From Hyphomicrobiales bacterium (GTDB taxonomy: Bacteria; Pseudomonadota; Alphaproteobacteria; Rhizobiales; JAKSCL01): a stretch of 44,514 nt of DNA. This document shows positions 19,663 to 29,981 of this stretch, piece after piece. The stretch covers positions 1-44,514 of the forward strand of contig JAKSCL010000048.1 of NCBI GenBank assembly GCA_022360615.1, written 5' to 3'. The notes beneath the pieces are model-generated. The model was not told the DNA's origin. It worked only from the letters and a program-made list of their open reading frames with translations, and did not search any database. Made by a program: the position numbers and the translations under genes. Within the stretch, counting starts at the first letter, position 1, and every line of letters starts with the position of its first letter.

Positions 19663-19824
19663 ATCCCCGCCTGACACAACCACCGCAATCGAGAGCGCGT
19701 TGGCCGCCGGCATGCAATGGGTCACCGCCGCGGCCTCGGCACCCGTCCAATCGGCAATGACGGCACTCGCGGCGGATTGCCGTTCATCGATGACAAGGAA
19801 TTCAGAACGGGCGAGGCGCGCGGG
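19663..19824 (-). pseudogene. Fragment of a SelA-like/DgaE-family PLP-dependent enzyme
   Basis: Frame reads SEFLVIDERQSAASAVIADWTGAEAAAVTHCMPAANALSIAVVVSGGD; in-frame TAG at 19825-19827 and no start codon for the segment; similarity lost after GGD. Confidence 0.55.
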
Positions 19825-19886
19825 CTATAAACTCATGGGAGCCAGGCCTCATGCGCATCAAGACAATGTGTGTTCTTGAACAGCCG

Positions 19887-21260
19887 TCAGGCCGCAACCC
19901 GCGAAATCGTTTCGCACAAATCACCGACAATATTGCGTACAAGGGTTTCGTCCTCACCCTCGCCCATCACCCGGATGAGCGGCTCTGTCCCCGATTTGCG
20001 GATAACGAGGCGCCCGGTATTGCCAAGCTTCGTCTCAGCTGCCTCGATGGCCTTCTTCACCGTCTCCTCTTCGAGCGGCGCACCCTTTGTGAAGCGGACA
20101 TTGTCCAACACCTGTGGCAATGGATCGAAGCGGTGGCACACCTCGCTCACCGGCTTCTGCAGCCGCTGCACCACGGCCAGCACCTGAAGTGCGGCCACAA
20201 GACCGTCACCGGTCGTCGTGTAATCGGACAAAATGATGTGGCCAGACTGTTCTCCGCCCACATTGTAGCCATGATTGCGCATGTGTTCGACCACGTAGCG
20301 ATCACCAACCGCCGTGCGGGCAAGGGAAAGCTTGATGGATTCAAGGAAACGCTCAAGCCCGAGATTGGACATGACGGTCGCCACAATCCCGTTCGAGGCG
20401 AGGCGGTCGTCTTCTTTCCACGATTGCGCGACGACGGCCATGAGCTGATCGCCATCGACCACGCCGCCATGCTCATCGATGATGATGACCCTATCGCCAT
20501 CTCCATCGAGCGCGATACCGATGTCAGCGCGAACCTCATGCACCTTGGCCGCAAGCGCCTGGGTGGAGGTCGAGCCGCAATCCTTGTTGATGTTGAAACC
20601 GTCAGGCGCATTGCCGATGCGCACCACTTCCGCGCCCAGCTCCCACAGGGCTTCGGGCGCCACCTTGTAACCGGCGCCATGGGCGCAATCGATCACCACC
20701 CGCAAGCCGTCGAACCGAAGATTGCGCGGCAGCGTGCGCTTGGCGAACTCGATATAGCGTGCCTGCGCGTCCTCGATCCGTTTCGCCCGGCCAATATCCA
20801 TGGCATCGGCGAAATAAGCGGACATTTCGCCTTCCATCAGCGCTTCGATTTTCAACTCCACCTCGTCGGAGAGCTTGTAGCCATCCGCGCCGAAAAGCTT
20901 GATCCCGTTGTCGCTGAAAGGATTGTGGGAGGCGGAAATCATCACACCCATATGGCAGCGGAGCGAACGGGTGAGCATGGCGACCGCCGGCGTCGGCACA
21001 GGGCCAAGCAAAAACACGTTCCAACCGACTGCGGTGAATCCGGCCTGCAATGCCGATTCGATCATATAGCCGGAAAGCCGTGTATCCTTGCCGATGACGA
21101 TCCGCGGGTTGCGTGTGCCATTACGCAACGCCACCCCCGCCGCCATGGCAGCCTTCATGGCCAGATCGGGCGTCATCGGAAACCTGTTCGCGCGCCCTCT
21201 GATCCCGTCGGTTCCGAAGAATTTCCGCTGAGGCGCGTTATTCGACTTACGCTTCACCAT
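19887..21260 (-). CDS. glmM: Phosphoglucosamine mutase
   Basis: [44 protein letters not shown]. Confidence 0.98.
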   Translation of the reverse strand: MVKRKSNNAPQRKFFGTDGIRGRANRFPMTPDLAMKAAMAAGVALRNGTRNPRIVIGKDTRLSGYMIESALQAGFTAVGWNVFLLGPVPTPAVAMLTRSLRCHMGVMISASHNPFSDNGIKLFGADGYKLSDEVELKIEALMEGEMSAYFADAMDIGRAKRIEDAQARYIEFAKRTLPRNLRFDGLRVVIDCAHGAGYKVAPEALWELGAEVVRIGNAPDGFNINKDCGSTSTQALAAKVHEVRADIGIALDGDGDRVIIIDEHGGVVDGDQLMAVVAQSWKEDDRLASNGIVATVMSNLGLERFLESIKLSLARTAVGDRYVVEHMRNHGYNVGGEQSGHIILSDYTTTGDGLVAALQVLAVVQRLQKPVSEVCHRFDPLPQVLDNVRFTKGAPLEEETVKKAIEAAETKLGNTGRLVIRKSGTEPLIRVMGEGEDETLVRNIVGDLCETISRVAA

Positions 21261-21443
21261 ATTCGCATGCCTTTGGCCCGTTATGGCCGGGCCTTTCCCT
21301 GATCCGGTAAGCGCCCCCAGCGCGAGGCCAGACCATGCCCAATTTTAACCGTTTGATGAAGGCTTCGTTAGCACAGGTCCGTTCAAAAAATGTGAGGAAG
21401 TTTAACAAACGAGAATTAAGGCTAACGGCGAAGACAGATGGCA

Positions 21444-21469
21444 AAAGGGCCCCGAAATCGGGGCCCTTT
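21444..21469 (-). terminator. Intrinsic terminator after ftsH
   Basis: AAAGGGCCCCGA-AA-TCGGGGCCCTTT perfect inverted repeat about 30 nt after the ftsH stop. Confidence 0.85.
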
Positions 21470-21498
21470 CATTCTCTTTCGGACAAATCTGGCTGCAA

Positions 21499-23430
21499 TC
21501 AAGTGGGTTGCGGTTCCATGCCGCCCGAATCCGGTTCATCGGAGGGCTTGTCGCTTGTCCGGCTCTTACCGGCTTTTGGAATGCCGGAGGATTTCGGCTG
21601 GGCCGGTTCCTCGGTTTCCCGCACCGGCGGTTTGCCATCGAGAAGATTGCGGATTTCATCGCCGGACAGGGTCTCATATTCGAGGAGACCATTGGCGATG
21701 GTGTGAAGCTGGTCTTCGTGGTCCGTCAGGACCTTGTGGGCCGTGTCATACCCCTCATTGACGAAGCCCTTGATCTCCTCATCGACCATCTGCTGGGTCT
21801 GCTCGGAGACGTTCTGGTGCCGGGCCACCGCATGACCGAGGAAAACCTCTTGTTCGTTTTCCGCATAAGCAAGCGGTCCAAGCTTGTCGGACATGCCGAA
21901 TTGCGTCGCCATCATCCGCGCGAGTTTCGTCGCCATCTGGATATCGGCCGAAGCGCCTGACGTTACCTTTTCGTGCCCGAAGATGATTTCCTCGGCAATC
22001 CGTCCGCCCATGGCGACGGCGAGGTCGGCCTTGCACTTCGCGCGCGTCAGCGAAACCTGATCGCGTTCCGGCAGGCGCATCACCATGCCGAGCGCGCGGC
22101 CGCGCGGGATGATCGTCGCCTTGTGGATCGGGTCTGAGGCCGGCTGGTGAAGGGCCACGAGTGCATGGCCTGCTTCGTGATAGGCCGTGAGCTTCTTCTC
22201 TTCCTCGCTCATCACAAGCGTCCGGCGCTCAGCCCCCATCATCACCTTGTCCTTAGCGTCCTCAAACTCCTGCATGGTGACCATGCGCTTGGAACGCCGC
22301 GCGGCAAGAAGGGCCGCCTCATTGACGAGGTTCGCAAGGTCGGCGCCCGAGAAGCCCGGCGTGCCGCGCGAGAGGACCTTCACATCCACATCCGGGGCAA
22401 GCGGCACCTTGCGGATGTGCACCTTCAGGATCTTTTCGCGGCCGATGATGTCCGGGTTCGGCACAACCACCTGACGGTCGAAACGGCCCGGACGCAGAAG
22501 CGCCGGATCGAGAACATCCGGACGGTTGGTGGCCGCGATCAGAATGATCCCCTCATTCGATTCAAAGCCGTCCATCTCGACGAGAAGTTGGTTAAGGGTC
22601 TGTTCGCGCTCGTCGTTGCCGCCGCCAAGGCCCGCACCGCGGTGGCGGCCGACGGCGTCGATCTCATCGATGAAGATGATGCATGGCGCGTTTTTCTTCG
22701 CCTGCTCGAACATGTCGCGCACACGGCTCGCGCCGACACCGACGAACATCTCGACGAAGTCGGAGCCCGATATCGTGAAGAACGGCACATTCGCCTCACC
22801 CGCGACAGAGCGGGCAAGAAGCGTCTTGCCGGTGCCTGGCGGACCGACGAGAAGAACACCGCGCGGAATACGCCCGCCGAGCCTTTGGAATTTTTGCGGA
22901 TCACGCAGAAAGTCGACGATCTCCTCAAGGTCGGCCTTGGCTTCGTCGACCCCAGCCACGTCCTCGAAGGTCACGCGGCCATGCGCTTCGGTAAGGAGTT
23001 TCGCCTTAGACTTGCCGAAACCCATCGCCTTGCCGCCGGTGCCCTGCATCTGGCGCATGAAGAAAATCCACACCGCAATCAGAAGCAGCATCGGGAACCA
23101 GGAGACGAGAACGCCAAGAAGCGACGGCACCTCATCGGATGGCGGGCGGGCGGAAATCTGAACGCCATTCGCGTTCAGCCGCTCTACGAGGGTCGGATCG
23201 TCCGGCGCAAAGGTCTGAAACGAACGGCCGTCATCAAAATGCCCGGTCACGGTCTGGCCGCTTATCGTCACATCGCGGACATTACCCTGGTCCACCTCCG
23301 CCAGGAGGTCGGAGAAGGTGATCTCATTTGTCCGAGACCGGTCCGTCGGGCCTTGGAACAGATTGAAAAGCGCGATGAGGAGGAGGGCGATAATCACCCA
23401 TAATGCCAAGTTACGGAAATTGCCGTTCAT
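21499..23430 (-). CDS. ftsH: ATP-dependent zinc metalloprotease FtsH
   Basis: Two TM helices, [40 protein letters not shown]. Confidence 0.99.
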   Translation of the reverse strand: MNGNFRNLALWVIIALLLIALFNLFQGPTDRSRTNEITFSDLLAEVDQGNVRDVTISGQTVTGHFDDGRSFQTFAPDDPTLVERLNANGVQISARPPSDEVPSLLGVLVSWFPMLLLIAVWIFFMRQMQGTGGKAMGFGKSKAKLLTEAHGRVTFEDVAGVDEAKADLEEIVDFLRDPQKFQRLGGRIPRGVLLVGPPGTGKTLLARSVAGEANVPFFTISGSDFVEMFVGVGASRVRDMFEQAKKNAPCIIFIDEIDAVGRHRGAGLGGGNDEREQTLNQLLVEMDGFESNEGIILIAATNRPDVLDPALLRPGRFDRQVVVPNPDIIGREKILKVHIRKVPLAPDVDVKVLSRGTPGFSGADLANLVNEAALLAARRSKRMVTMQEFEDAKDKVMMGAERRTLVMSEEEKKLTAYHEAGHALVALHQPASDPIHKATIIPRGRALGMVMRLPERDQVSLTRAKCKADLAVAMGGRIAEEIIFGHEKVTSGASADIQMATKLARMMATQFGMSDKLGPLAYAENEQEVFLGHAVARHQNVSEQTQQMVDEEIKGFVNEGYDTAHKVLTDHEDQLHTIANGLLEYETLSGDEIRNLLDGKPPVRETEEPAQPKSSGIPKAGKSRTSDKPSDEPDSGGMEPQPT

Positions 23431-23513
23431 TACACCCTCGGGGTTGCGGGATATGGCCCTCGTCCGGGCTCACACGTGGAAGAAGGGCACACGCACCCAT
23501 TTCGCTATCGTAA

Positions 23514-23541
23514 AGATAGGAAAGAGGCTGAAATTTGCCAA
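23514..23541 (-). promoter_or_regulatory. Possible RpoH-type promoter of ftsH
   Basis: Minus strand TTGGCA-N15-CCTATCT resembles rhizobial heat-shock promoters; pattern match only. Confidence 0.35.
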
Positions 23542-23578
23542 CAAAAGCTTTCTATCGCCATTGCTTGAACAATCAGCG

Positions 23579-24901
23579 TTAATTGCCGGCTCGCTTCGCT
23601 TCGAAAGGACCGTTTAAGGCATCTTTGCCTTCGTCGCGGATTGGAAACATGACGGTGACATCGATCCCTTCCAGCGCGGCATCAAGGCCAGGCAAGGCGA
23701 CGAGACGGCCCTCCTCCCACATCGACAAAAGCATCGGCCGGACGGATGGCGCGATATCCGGCAATCCAGGTAAGGCGTCCCGCGCCTGAGCCCAGCGCTC
23801 GCCAAGCGGCTCTGCCCGCAGTGGCGGGCATTTGCTCGAAAGGGTAACAGCCATCCGCTGGTCCCACAAAACAGTCTCTCCGGATTGGATGAACTGCGTC
23901 TCAGGCACCCCGCGCCCCGCTTCGCGGACCACGAAGATGGACGTGTGATCGGCGCTGACGACAGTATAGCCCAACGTCGTCACATAACCGGGCCCCTTGG
24001 CTTGAAGCGCCGGCAATGCCGTTTCCAGCGCATCAAGCTTCAAGGGCCGCCCTCCGGAAACAATACGCATGGCGTGAGCCAAGACCCGAAGCCGTGTTTC
24101 GTCAGGAAGATCTGTGAAGCGCTCCAGTGCGATGACGCAGAAGCCGGCCCGGTGAATAGTGGCGATGTCTTCAAAGGCGCGCGCGGCATACCAGTCCAGA
24201 GCCTGGGAAGCACGCGCTGTGCGGGCGGCAAGGCGCGCAAGCCCCTCCGCCGCATCCGGCGTTCCTGCGCTGATATGCTTGAGGAGCGCGCGCACGCGCA
24301 CGCGCTCAAAACGCTCATCGAGATTGCTCGGATCGTCAATCCAGCAAATGCCGCGGGCGCTCAGATAACCTTGCAGATCACGCTTGCGGCAACCGAGAAG
24401 CGGGCGCACGGCCGTGATCCCACGGATCGCCATCACCTTGCGCATGGCAGCGAGCCCATCGATGCCGCCGCCCCTCAGCACCCGCATCAAAACAGTCTCA
24501 GCCTGATCATCCAGGTGATGGGCAAGGAGGAGATGGCTCAGACCGGCCTTGTGACAAGCATCGGTGAGGAGGCGATAGCGGGCCTCTCGCGCCCGTTGCT
24601 GGATGCGCGTACTGGCTGCGTGCGATGTCCATCTCAAGGTCTTGTGCAAAAATCCGCATTTGGCGGCTGCAGCTTCAACGCGCTCCGCCTCCATCGCAGC
24701 ATCCGGGCGCAAACCGTGATCGACGGTAAAGACTATTACCGGACGGGCATTGCCCGCCGTCTCATGCCAAGCATGAAAAAGGTGAAGGAGTGCAAGTGAA
24801 TCCGCGCCGCCGGACACCGCAAGCGCAAAACCTTTCGCGCCATCAAGACCTGAAAAAATGCGGTTCAGCCGTTCAAGCGGCCACTCCGTTTGACGCGACA
24901 T
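23579..24901 (-). CDS. tilS: tRNA(Ile)-lysidine synthetase
   Basis: AVSGGADS, TVDHGLR, AREARY, AHHLDDQAET, DDPSN. Start uncertain (24901 or 24949). Confidence 0.95.
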   Translation of the reverse strand: MSRQTEWPLERLNRIFSGLDGAKGFALAVSGGADSLALLHLFHAWHETAGNARPVIVFTVDHGLRPDAAMEAERVEAAAAKCGFLHKTLRWTSHAASTRIQQRAREARYRLLTDACHKAGLSHLLLAHHLDDQAETVLMRVLRGGGIDGLAAMRKVMAIRGITAVRPLLGCRKRDLQGYLSARGICWIDDPSNLDERFERVRVRALLKHISAGTPDAAEGLARLAARTARASQALDWYAARAFEDIATIHRAGFCVIALERFTDLPDETRLRVLAHAMRIVSGGRPLKLDALETALPALQAKGPGYVTTLGYTVVSADHTSIFVVREAGRGVPETQFIQSGETVLWDQRMAVTLSSKCPPLRAEPLGERWAQARDALPGLPDIAPSVRPMLLSMWEEGRLVALPGLDAALEGIDVTVMFPIRDEGKDALNGPFEAKRAGN

Positions 24902-24942
24902 GCGTATTCGCGGCGATTTGCCGCCTCTCTCGCTTAAACGGC

Positions 24943-26265
24943 TCAACAACCGTTGGCCGAAGCCGCCTCCCGGGCACGAGCGAGGACTGTTTCGGGCGCA
25001 TTGCCATGCTTCGACATCAGCTCCTGAAGTGAAGAGCAGGCCGCATCCCTCTGGTCGAGCTCCGCGAGTGAAAGCGCGAGCCCGAGAAGGCTTTCGGCCC
25101 GCTTCGAACCGCCCTCGTACTTCGTGTAAGTGGTCAGGAAGGCATCCGCTGCATCCCTATACTGCGAACGGGCGAAGTGGGTTTCACCGATCAGATACTG
25201 TGCATCGCCCGCAAGTGAATGCTGCGGGAAATCGGTGATGAACTGACGGAGCGCGGCTTCCGCGGCACTGTGGTTCTGGGCCGCATAAAGCGCGTGGGCC
25301 CGCTCATAGTCGACGAAGGGGTCGCGCGTGTTGATCGCCGCCGTCTGCTGGTTGGGGAGCTGCGAGCTCTCAACCGGCGCGTTGAGCGGCGGTACGCTCT
25401 GCGGCTGCGGGCTCGCGAGGCCCGGCTGCTGCCCCGCATCAAGCGCGCCTTGCCAGTTCAGCCCATCGGGAGAAGCCAAGCCGGACGGCCGTTGGCCCTG
25501 ATGGACGGGTTGCTGGCCTTGCACTTGAGGCTGCCCCTGAAACTGCGGCGGCTGCTGAAACGGCTGTTGGCCCTGAAACTGTGGCTGACCTTGAAACTGC
25601 TGGTTCGGGACCGGTATGTCCGCCGGCGGCAATTGCCGTTGCAGCAAATTTGGATTGCGGGCAAGCGCCGAGAGATCAAGCGGCTGGCCGGGTGCGGCTG
25701 GCTGCGAAACAATGGGTTCCTGATTGTATCCGGGATTTGGGTTGCCCGGGATCTGGCCGAGCACCTGCGGTCCAGGTGCCGGACCCGTGAAGCCGTCTTG
25801 CGTGAGCCCTTGCGGAACCGGCCCAACAGCAGGCTGGCCCGGACCGCCCGGCAGAACCGGAGTTGGGTCGGGAAGCGCGGTAATGCCGCCGCCCTGCAAA
25901 TCGCGGAAACGGAACTCGGTATCTTCACGGAAGCGGCGAAGCTGCTCTTCAAGCTGCTGAACCCTGAATGACGATTCCTGCACCTGGCCAGTCAGGGTGC
26001 GTATCTGCTCCTCAAGCGAATCGATCCGGAGAGAAAGCTGTGCAATCGTTTGCGGCGTCGCGCCCGGCGCACCGCCCTGCTGCGCGCCAGGATTATTGAT
26101 CATGCCGTAAACCTGCGCCTCAAGCCGCTGAACCCTGTCCTGCAGAAAAATAAAATCCTGCGGCGTTTGCGCTTTCGCCTCGCCGAATGCCATCACGGCG
26201 GCCGTGGAGGCAAAAAGCCCGGTCAACAGGGCTTGCTTAAGGATCTTAAACTGTATCATCGGCAC
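24943..26265 (-). CDS. cpoB: Cell division coordinator CpoB (YbgF) with a long low-complexity linker
   Basis: Signal peptide, coiled coil LEEQIRTLTGQVQE, C-terminal TPR (AQYLIGETHF, DAACSSL); between pal and tilS. Confidence 0.9.
   Translation of the reverse strand: MPMIQFKILKQALLTGLFASTAAVMAFGEAKAQTPQDFIFLQDRVQRLEAQVYGMINNPGAQQGGAPGATPQTIAQLSLRIDSLEEQIRTLTGQVQESSFRVQQLEEQLRRFREDTEFRFRDLQGGGITALPDPTPVLPGGPGQPAVGPVPQGLTQDGFTGPAPGPQVLGQIPGNPNPGYNQEPIVSQPAAPGQPLDLSALARNPNLLQRQLPPADIPVPNQQFQGQPQFQGQQPFQQPPQFQGQPQVQGQQPVHQGQRPSGLASPDGLNWQGALDAGQQPGLASPQPQSVPPLNAPVESSQLPNQQTAAINTRDPFVDYERAHALYAAQNHSAAEAALRQFITDFPQHSLAGDAQYLIGETHFARSQYRDAADAFLTTYTKYEGGSKRAESLLGLALSLAELDQRDAACSSLQELMSKHGNAPETVLARAREAASANGC
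25492..25605 (-). repeat. Six imperfect hexapeptide repeats (about 18-bp period) inside cpoB
   Basis: QQFQGQ-PQFQGQ-QPFQQP-PQFQGQ-PQVQGQ-QPVHQGQ. Confidence 0.85.
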
Positions 26266-26310
26266 CGTGCCGCTTGCTCGATTGAATTGGCGAACCGCAG
26301 ACGCGCTTGG

Positions 26311-26490
26311 TTAGATCATTTTCCGCGAAAGTGGAATCACGAAGGATTTCAAATGCGCGTACCCGTCCCCAGGCACTTACGAGTATTGCAACCAAATCGT
26401 CCAAAGAATGGCGCCGGAGCAAATCCAGGAATGAAGCCCCGGCCGGACGGAAACCGTTTTTCCATTCGCATTTGCGGCCAAAAAACAGAA
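26311..26490. repeat. Degenerate/composite palindromic element, copy C
   Basis: AGCAAATCCAGGAA (26418-26431) is identical to 10407-10420 and is followed by GGAAACCGTTTTTCC and ATTTGCG; a second partial end TTAGATCATTTTCCGCGAAAGTGGAA starts at 26311. Confidence 0.6.
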
Positions 26491-26495
26491 GCGCC

Positions 26496-26524
26496 AAAAG
26501 AAAAGGCCCGGAGCAATCCGGGCC
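26496..26524 (-). terminator. Intrinsic terminator after pal
   Basis: GGCCCGGA-N4-TCCGGGCC followed on the minus strand by TTTTCTTTT. Confidence 0.8.
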
Positions 26525-26550
26525 ACTCCCAGTTGGAAACTTGCCTCTGA

Positions 26551-27036
26551 TTAACTCGAGACATTGTTGATAACGGATACGGACCTGCGGTTCTGCGACC
26601 AGCAGCTTTCGTCGTTACAGACGGCCACCGGACGCTCCTTACCGTAGGAAATCGTATTCAACCGGCTGGCATCAACGCCGCGCGAGACAAGGTAATCGCG
26701 CACCGCAGTTGAGCGTCTTGCACCAAGACCGAGGTTGTATTCGCGCGTACCGCGCTCATCGGCGTGACCTTCAATGGTCAACTGGTATTGCGGATAAAGA
26801 GCGAGCCACTGCGCCTGCTTGTCCAACGTGGCCCGCGCCGTCGGGCTGAGTGTGGTCTGATCGACGGCGAAGAAAACGCGGTCGCCCACATTCACGACGA
26901 AATCCTGCACGGAGCCTGGCTGCACAGCGCCACCGGCCACATCCCTGTTGTTTGCCGCGCATCCGGCGACGAAAAGCGCGGCCACGAGAGCGAGAGTTAA
27001 AGTACGAAAGCGCCGCGATATTTCGTTGCGCAACAT
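26551..27036 (-). CDS. pal: Peptidoglycan-associated lipoprotein Pal
   Basis: Lipobox VAGC, EGHADERGTREYNLGLG, SYGKERP, QNRR; GGAG SD before ATG 27036. Confidence 0.97.
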   Translation of the reverse strand: MLRNEISRRFRTLTLALVAALFVAGCAANNRDVAGGAVQPGSVQDFVVNVGDRVFFAVDQTTLSPTARATLDKQAQWLALYPQYQLTIEGHADERGTREYNLGLGARRSTAVRDYLVSRGVDASRLNTISYGKERPVAVCNDESCWSQNRRSVSVINNVSS

Positions 27037-27117
27037 GGCGGTCACTCCAATTCGACCAATTCCGTAAACGTTTCGGAAACCTAGGCAGTGGCGGTTAACG
27101 ACGGGTGAGAAAAACTA

Positions 27118-27133
27118 GTTAAGCCCTGGTTAA
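27118..27133 (-). promoter_or_regulatory. Consensus CtrA box upstream of pal
   Basis: Minus strand TTAA-CCAGGGC-TTAAC, exact match; an extra GTTAAC half-site at 27094-27099. Confidence 0.75.
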
Positions 27134-27164
27134 AGGACGCGCTCCGGGTTCTATCGGTGCGCCG

Positions 27165-28544
27165 TCAGTTAAGCAAGGGCGACCAGGCCGGATCGGACGC
27201 GAATGATGGCGTCGGCACCTTCTGGAGATTGAATCCTGTCAAATCCACGCTCCAAAGCTGCGGGCCTCCGGCCTCCCCTGGCACCTCCCGGAAGAACATG
27301 AGAACGCGACCATTCGGGGCCCAAGTGGGGCCCTCATTGTGAAAACCTTCGGTCAAAACCCGTTCACCAGAGCCATCTGGGCGCATTACGCCGATCAAAA
27401 ACTTGCCCTGATGCAATTTTGTAAAGGCGATGAGATCACCGCGCGGCGACCACACGGGCGTCGAATACCGCCCGTCGCCGAAACTGATGCGCTGCGGGTT
27501 CGAACCGTCGGCATTCATCACATAAAGTTGTTGTGATCCACCACGGTCGGACTCAAAAACGATCCGCCGCCCGTCAGGCGAGAAGGACGGGGCGGTGTCG
27601 ATCGACGGTGAATTCGTCAAGCGCGTCGTCCGCCGGCTTCTCAAGTCCATCGAATAGATGTTGGCATTGCCGCCCTGCTGCAGGCTCATGACAACCCGCT
27701 GACCGTCGGGTGAAAACCGTGGAGCAAAGGTCATGCCTGGGAAGTTGCCGACGATCTCGCGCTGCCCGGTTTCGATGTTGAGCAGGAAAACGCGCGGATC
27801 AGCGCCCGTGAAAGCCATATAGGTGATGTCCTGGCTCGTCGGGCTGAAGCGCGGGGTCAGGACCAGATCGCCACCATTCGTCAGATAGCGCACATTCGCG
27901 CCGTCCTGATCCATGATCGCGAGCCGCTTGCGCCGGTTGTCCTTCGGGCCGGTCTCGTCGACAAAGACGATGCGCGTATCGAAATAGCCCTTCTCACCCG
28001 TCAGCCGCTCATAGATGGCATCCGAAATAATGTGAGCGACGCGCCGCCAGTTCTCTGGCGTTGTGAAGAATTGCTGGCCGGTCATCTGCTGGCCCGCGAA
28101 CACGTCCCAAAGCCGGAACTCCGCCTTCAAGCGCCCATCGGGCTGCACCGTGATTCGGCCCGTAACGAGCGCCTGGGCATTGATGATTCGCCAATCGCCG
28201 AAGCGCGGCGCGGCGTCGAAATTCTCAATCCGCTCGACAAAGGCGTTCTCATCGACCGGTGTAAAAAGCCCCGAGCGTCGCAAATTGGTCTCGATCACAT
28301 CAGTGATATCACCGGCAACCTGCGCATCGCGGCCGCCGCCTGCGACGAAATCCGGGATCGCAATCGGGAGCGGCTGAATATTGCCCTCCGTGATATCGAT
28401 CCTCAGAAGCGCGCTTGCCGGCGAGGAAAAAGCAAGGAAAGTCAAGACGAGACAGGTCACCGCCGCCACGCGTGAGATCAAAGCGCCGGAGGAGCCAATG
28501 GGTCTGAATTTCTGAACGTTCATCATCTGATTGATTGGCATCAT
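27165..28544 (-). CDS. tolB: Tol-Pal beta-propeller protein TolB
   Basis: [26 protein letters not shown], repeated P.FSPDG (PD40) motifs. Several nearby Met codons make the exact start uncertain. Confidence 0.97.
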   Translation of the reverse strand: MMPINQMMNVQKFRPIGSSGALISRVAAVTCLVLTFLAFSSPASALLRIDITEGNIQPLPIAIPDFVAGGGRDAQVAGDITDVIETNLRRSGLFTPVDENAFVERIENFDAAPRFGDWRIINAQALVTGRITVQPDGRLKAEFRLWDVFAGQQMTGQQFFTTPENWRRVAHIISDAIYERLTGEKGYFDTRIVFVDETGPKDNRRKRLAIMDQDGANVRYLTNGGDLVLTPRFSPTSQDITYMAFTGADPRVFLLNIETGQREIVGNFPGMTFAPRFSPDGQRVVMSLQQGGNANIYSMDLRSRRTTRLTNSPSIDTAPSFSPDGRRIVFESDRGGSQQLYVMNADGSNPQRISFGDGRYSTPVWSPRGDLIAFTKLHQGKFLIGVMRPDGSGERVLTEGFHNEGPTWAPNGRVLMFFREVPGEAGGPQLWSVDLTGFNLQKVPTPSFASDPAWSPLLN

Positions 28545-28587
28545 CTGTGTGAATGGTGCGATTTATCCAAGGCTCAAAGAGGCCGGT

Positions 28588-29487
28588 TTATCGAAGCATC
28601 TGGCTCGGGTCGAAGCGCACTTCGACCGTCTGCCAGATATCAAACTTGTCTTGTGGTAGCTGATCGTAAGGCTGACAGCGGCGCACGGCGCGCAACGCGC
28701 TGTCCCCGGCCGCTTGACCGGCGATGCCCGGCGCCGATTCGACAATGAACGGCACGCCGACAAGATTGCCGCCCCGATCCAATTGCATGCGAACCTTGAC
28801 GATCAACGCATCAGCGTTGATGGCGCCAACCGGAGGGCTCCAGCACTCCGCTATCCGTTGTCTCAGATAATCCATCTCACTCTGCGTGATCCGGGCGTCG
28901 TTTGCATTCGGCGCACCGAGCGAAGCTTGCTGATTCTGCGGCAAGCTCTGGGTCGTTGCCTGCGGCGCGGGCTGATCGGGCGTCCTATCAAGAAGTGCGG
29001 CAATTCTGTTCGGATCGAACTGGTTATTCTCCAGCTCAGGCTCGGGCGGCCGCTGAGGCCGGTCAGGAATGTCCCGCGGACGGCTTACGGGTGTCGGAAC
29101 GTTTGTTTCCTCGGCGGGCTCGGCCTCGGGCGCGAGTTCCGCCTCGGGCGCGGGCGTTTCGGCTTCAGAAGCGGGTTCCGGCGCCTGGACAGGGATCGGC
29201 TCAGGTTCTGGAGGCAAAGCGGCGAGCTCCGTCTCCTGGCTTTCGGGCTCAGGCGCTTCGACAGCCTCGGGTTGCTCCACTTCGGCAACAGGGGCCGAAG
29301 GTTCCACCTCCGCCTCACCTTCCGCAACACCTGCTGTAATGCGGGTGAACTCCTCGATCGAGACGACGTCGACAGGTACGGATTCCATGCCGGAAATGTC
29401 GAATGCATCGGGCGCTGGGAAAGACATCAGCGACGCGGCGATGATGGCCACATGGGCGGTGGAGGATACGGTCAAGCCGACACGCAT
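28588..29487 (-). CDS. tolA: TolA
   Basis: TM with S-x3-H motif (SSTAHV), E/P/A-rich linker, C-terminal CW.PP...A.RAVRRCQPY...FDP domain. Confidence 0.9.
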   Translation of the reverse strand: MRVGLTVSSTAHVAIIAASLMSFPAPDAFDISGMESVPVDVVSIEEFTRITAGVAEGEAEVEPSAPVAEVEQPEAVEAPEPESQETELAALPPEPEPIPVQAPEPASEAETPAPEAELAPEAEPAEETNVPTPVSRPRDIPDRPQRPPEPELENNQFDPNRIAALLDRTPDQPAPQATTQSLPQNQQASLGAPNANDARITQSEMDYLRQRIAECWSPPVGAINADALIVKVRMQLDRGGNLVGVPFIVESAPGIAGQAAGDSALRAVRRCQPYDQLPQDKFDIWQTVEVRFDPSQMLR

Positions 29488-29490
29488 GGT

Positions 29491-29940
29491 CTAACCGCCC
29501 TCGAGCTCCTGGTCGGTGACAAGGCCGATGCGGTTGAAACCGGCACCGCTGATGCGGCCCATGACGCGCATGACAGCTCCGTAATCCACACCTTGATCGC
29601 CGCGCACGAAAATACGCTGGTCGTAGCCCTGATCGGCGATCGCCTCGAGGCGGGGGACGATTTCCTCAATCGTCACCTCGGTGTCCTGGAAAAAGATACG
29701 GCCTTGTGAATCGACCGACACCGCAAGCGGCTCCTGATCGCCTTCAAGCGGATTGGCGCGCGTCTCGGGAAGCTCGATCGGAACGCCGACGGTCAAAAGG
29801 GGTGCGGCGACCATGAAAATGATCAACAGAACCAGCATCACATCCACAAAGGGCGTGACGTTGATTTCCGACATGGGCGGTGTCCGCCGGCGGCCCCGGC
29901 CGCGGCTTCCCCCACCCGCATTCACTGTCCCCATTCCCAT
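29491..29940 (-). CDS. tolR: TolR
   Basis: MSEINVTPFVDVMLVLLIIFMVAAP, RGD...YG.VM. Confidence 0.97.
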   Translation of the reverse strand: MGMGTVNAGGGSRGRGRRRTPPMSEINVTPFVDVMLVLLIIFMVAAPLLTVGVPIELPETRANPLEGDQEPLAVSVDSQGRIFFQDTEVTIEEIVPRLEAIADQGYDQRIFVRGDQGVDYGAVMRVMGRISGAGFNRIGLVTDQELEGG

Positions 29941-29981
29941 CGCGTTACAGTCCCATTTACACGGTCATAGCGTGAGGCGCG

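Noticed and set aside
19825-19827. In-frame TAG before the SelA-like fragment considered as recoding (pyrrolysine/selenocysteine)
   Set aside because: Homology also collapses downstream, the codon is not UGA, and no recoding element is visible; decay is the simpler explanation.
28588-29487. TolA with an acidic E/P-rich rather than K/A-rich linker
   Set aside because: This linker is highly variable and acidic versions fit a marine or halotolerant lifestyle; not distinctive on its own.
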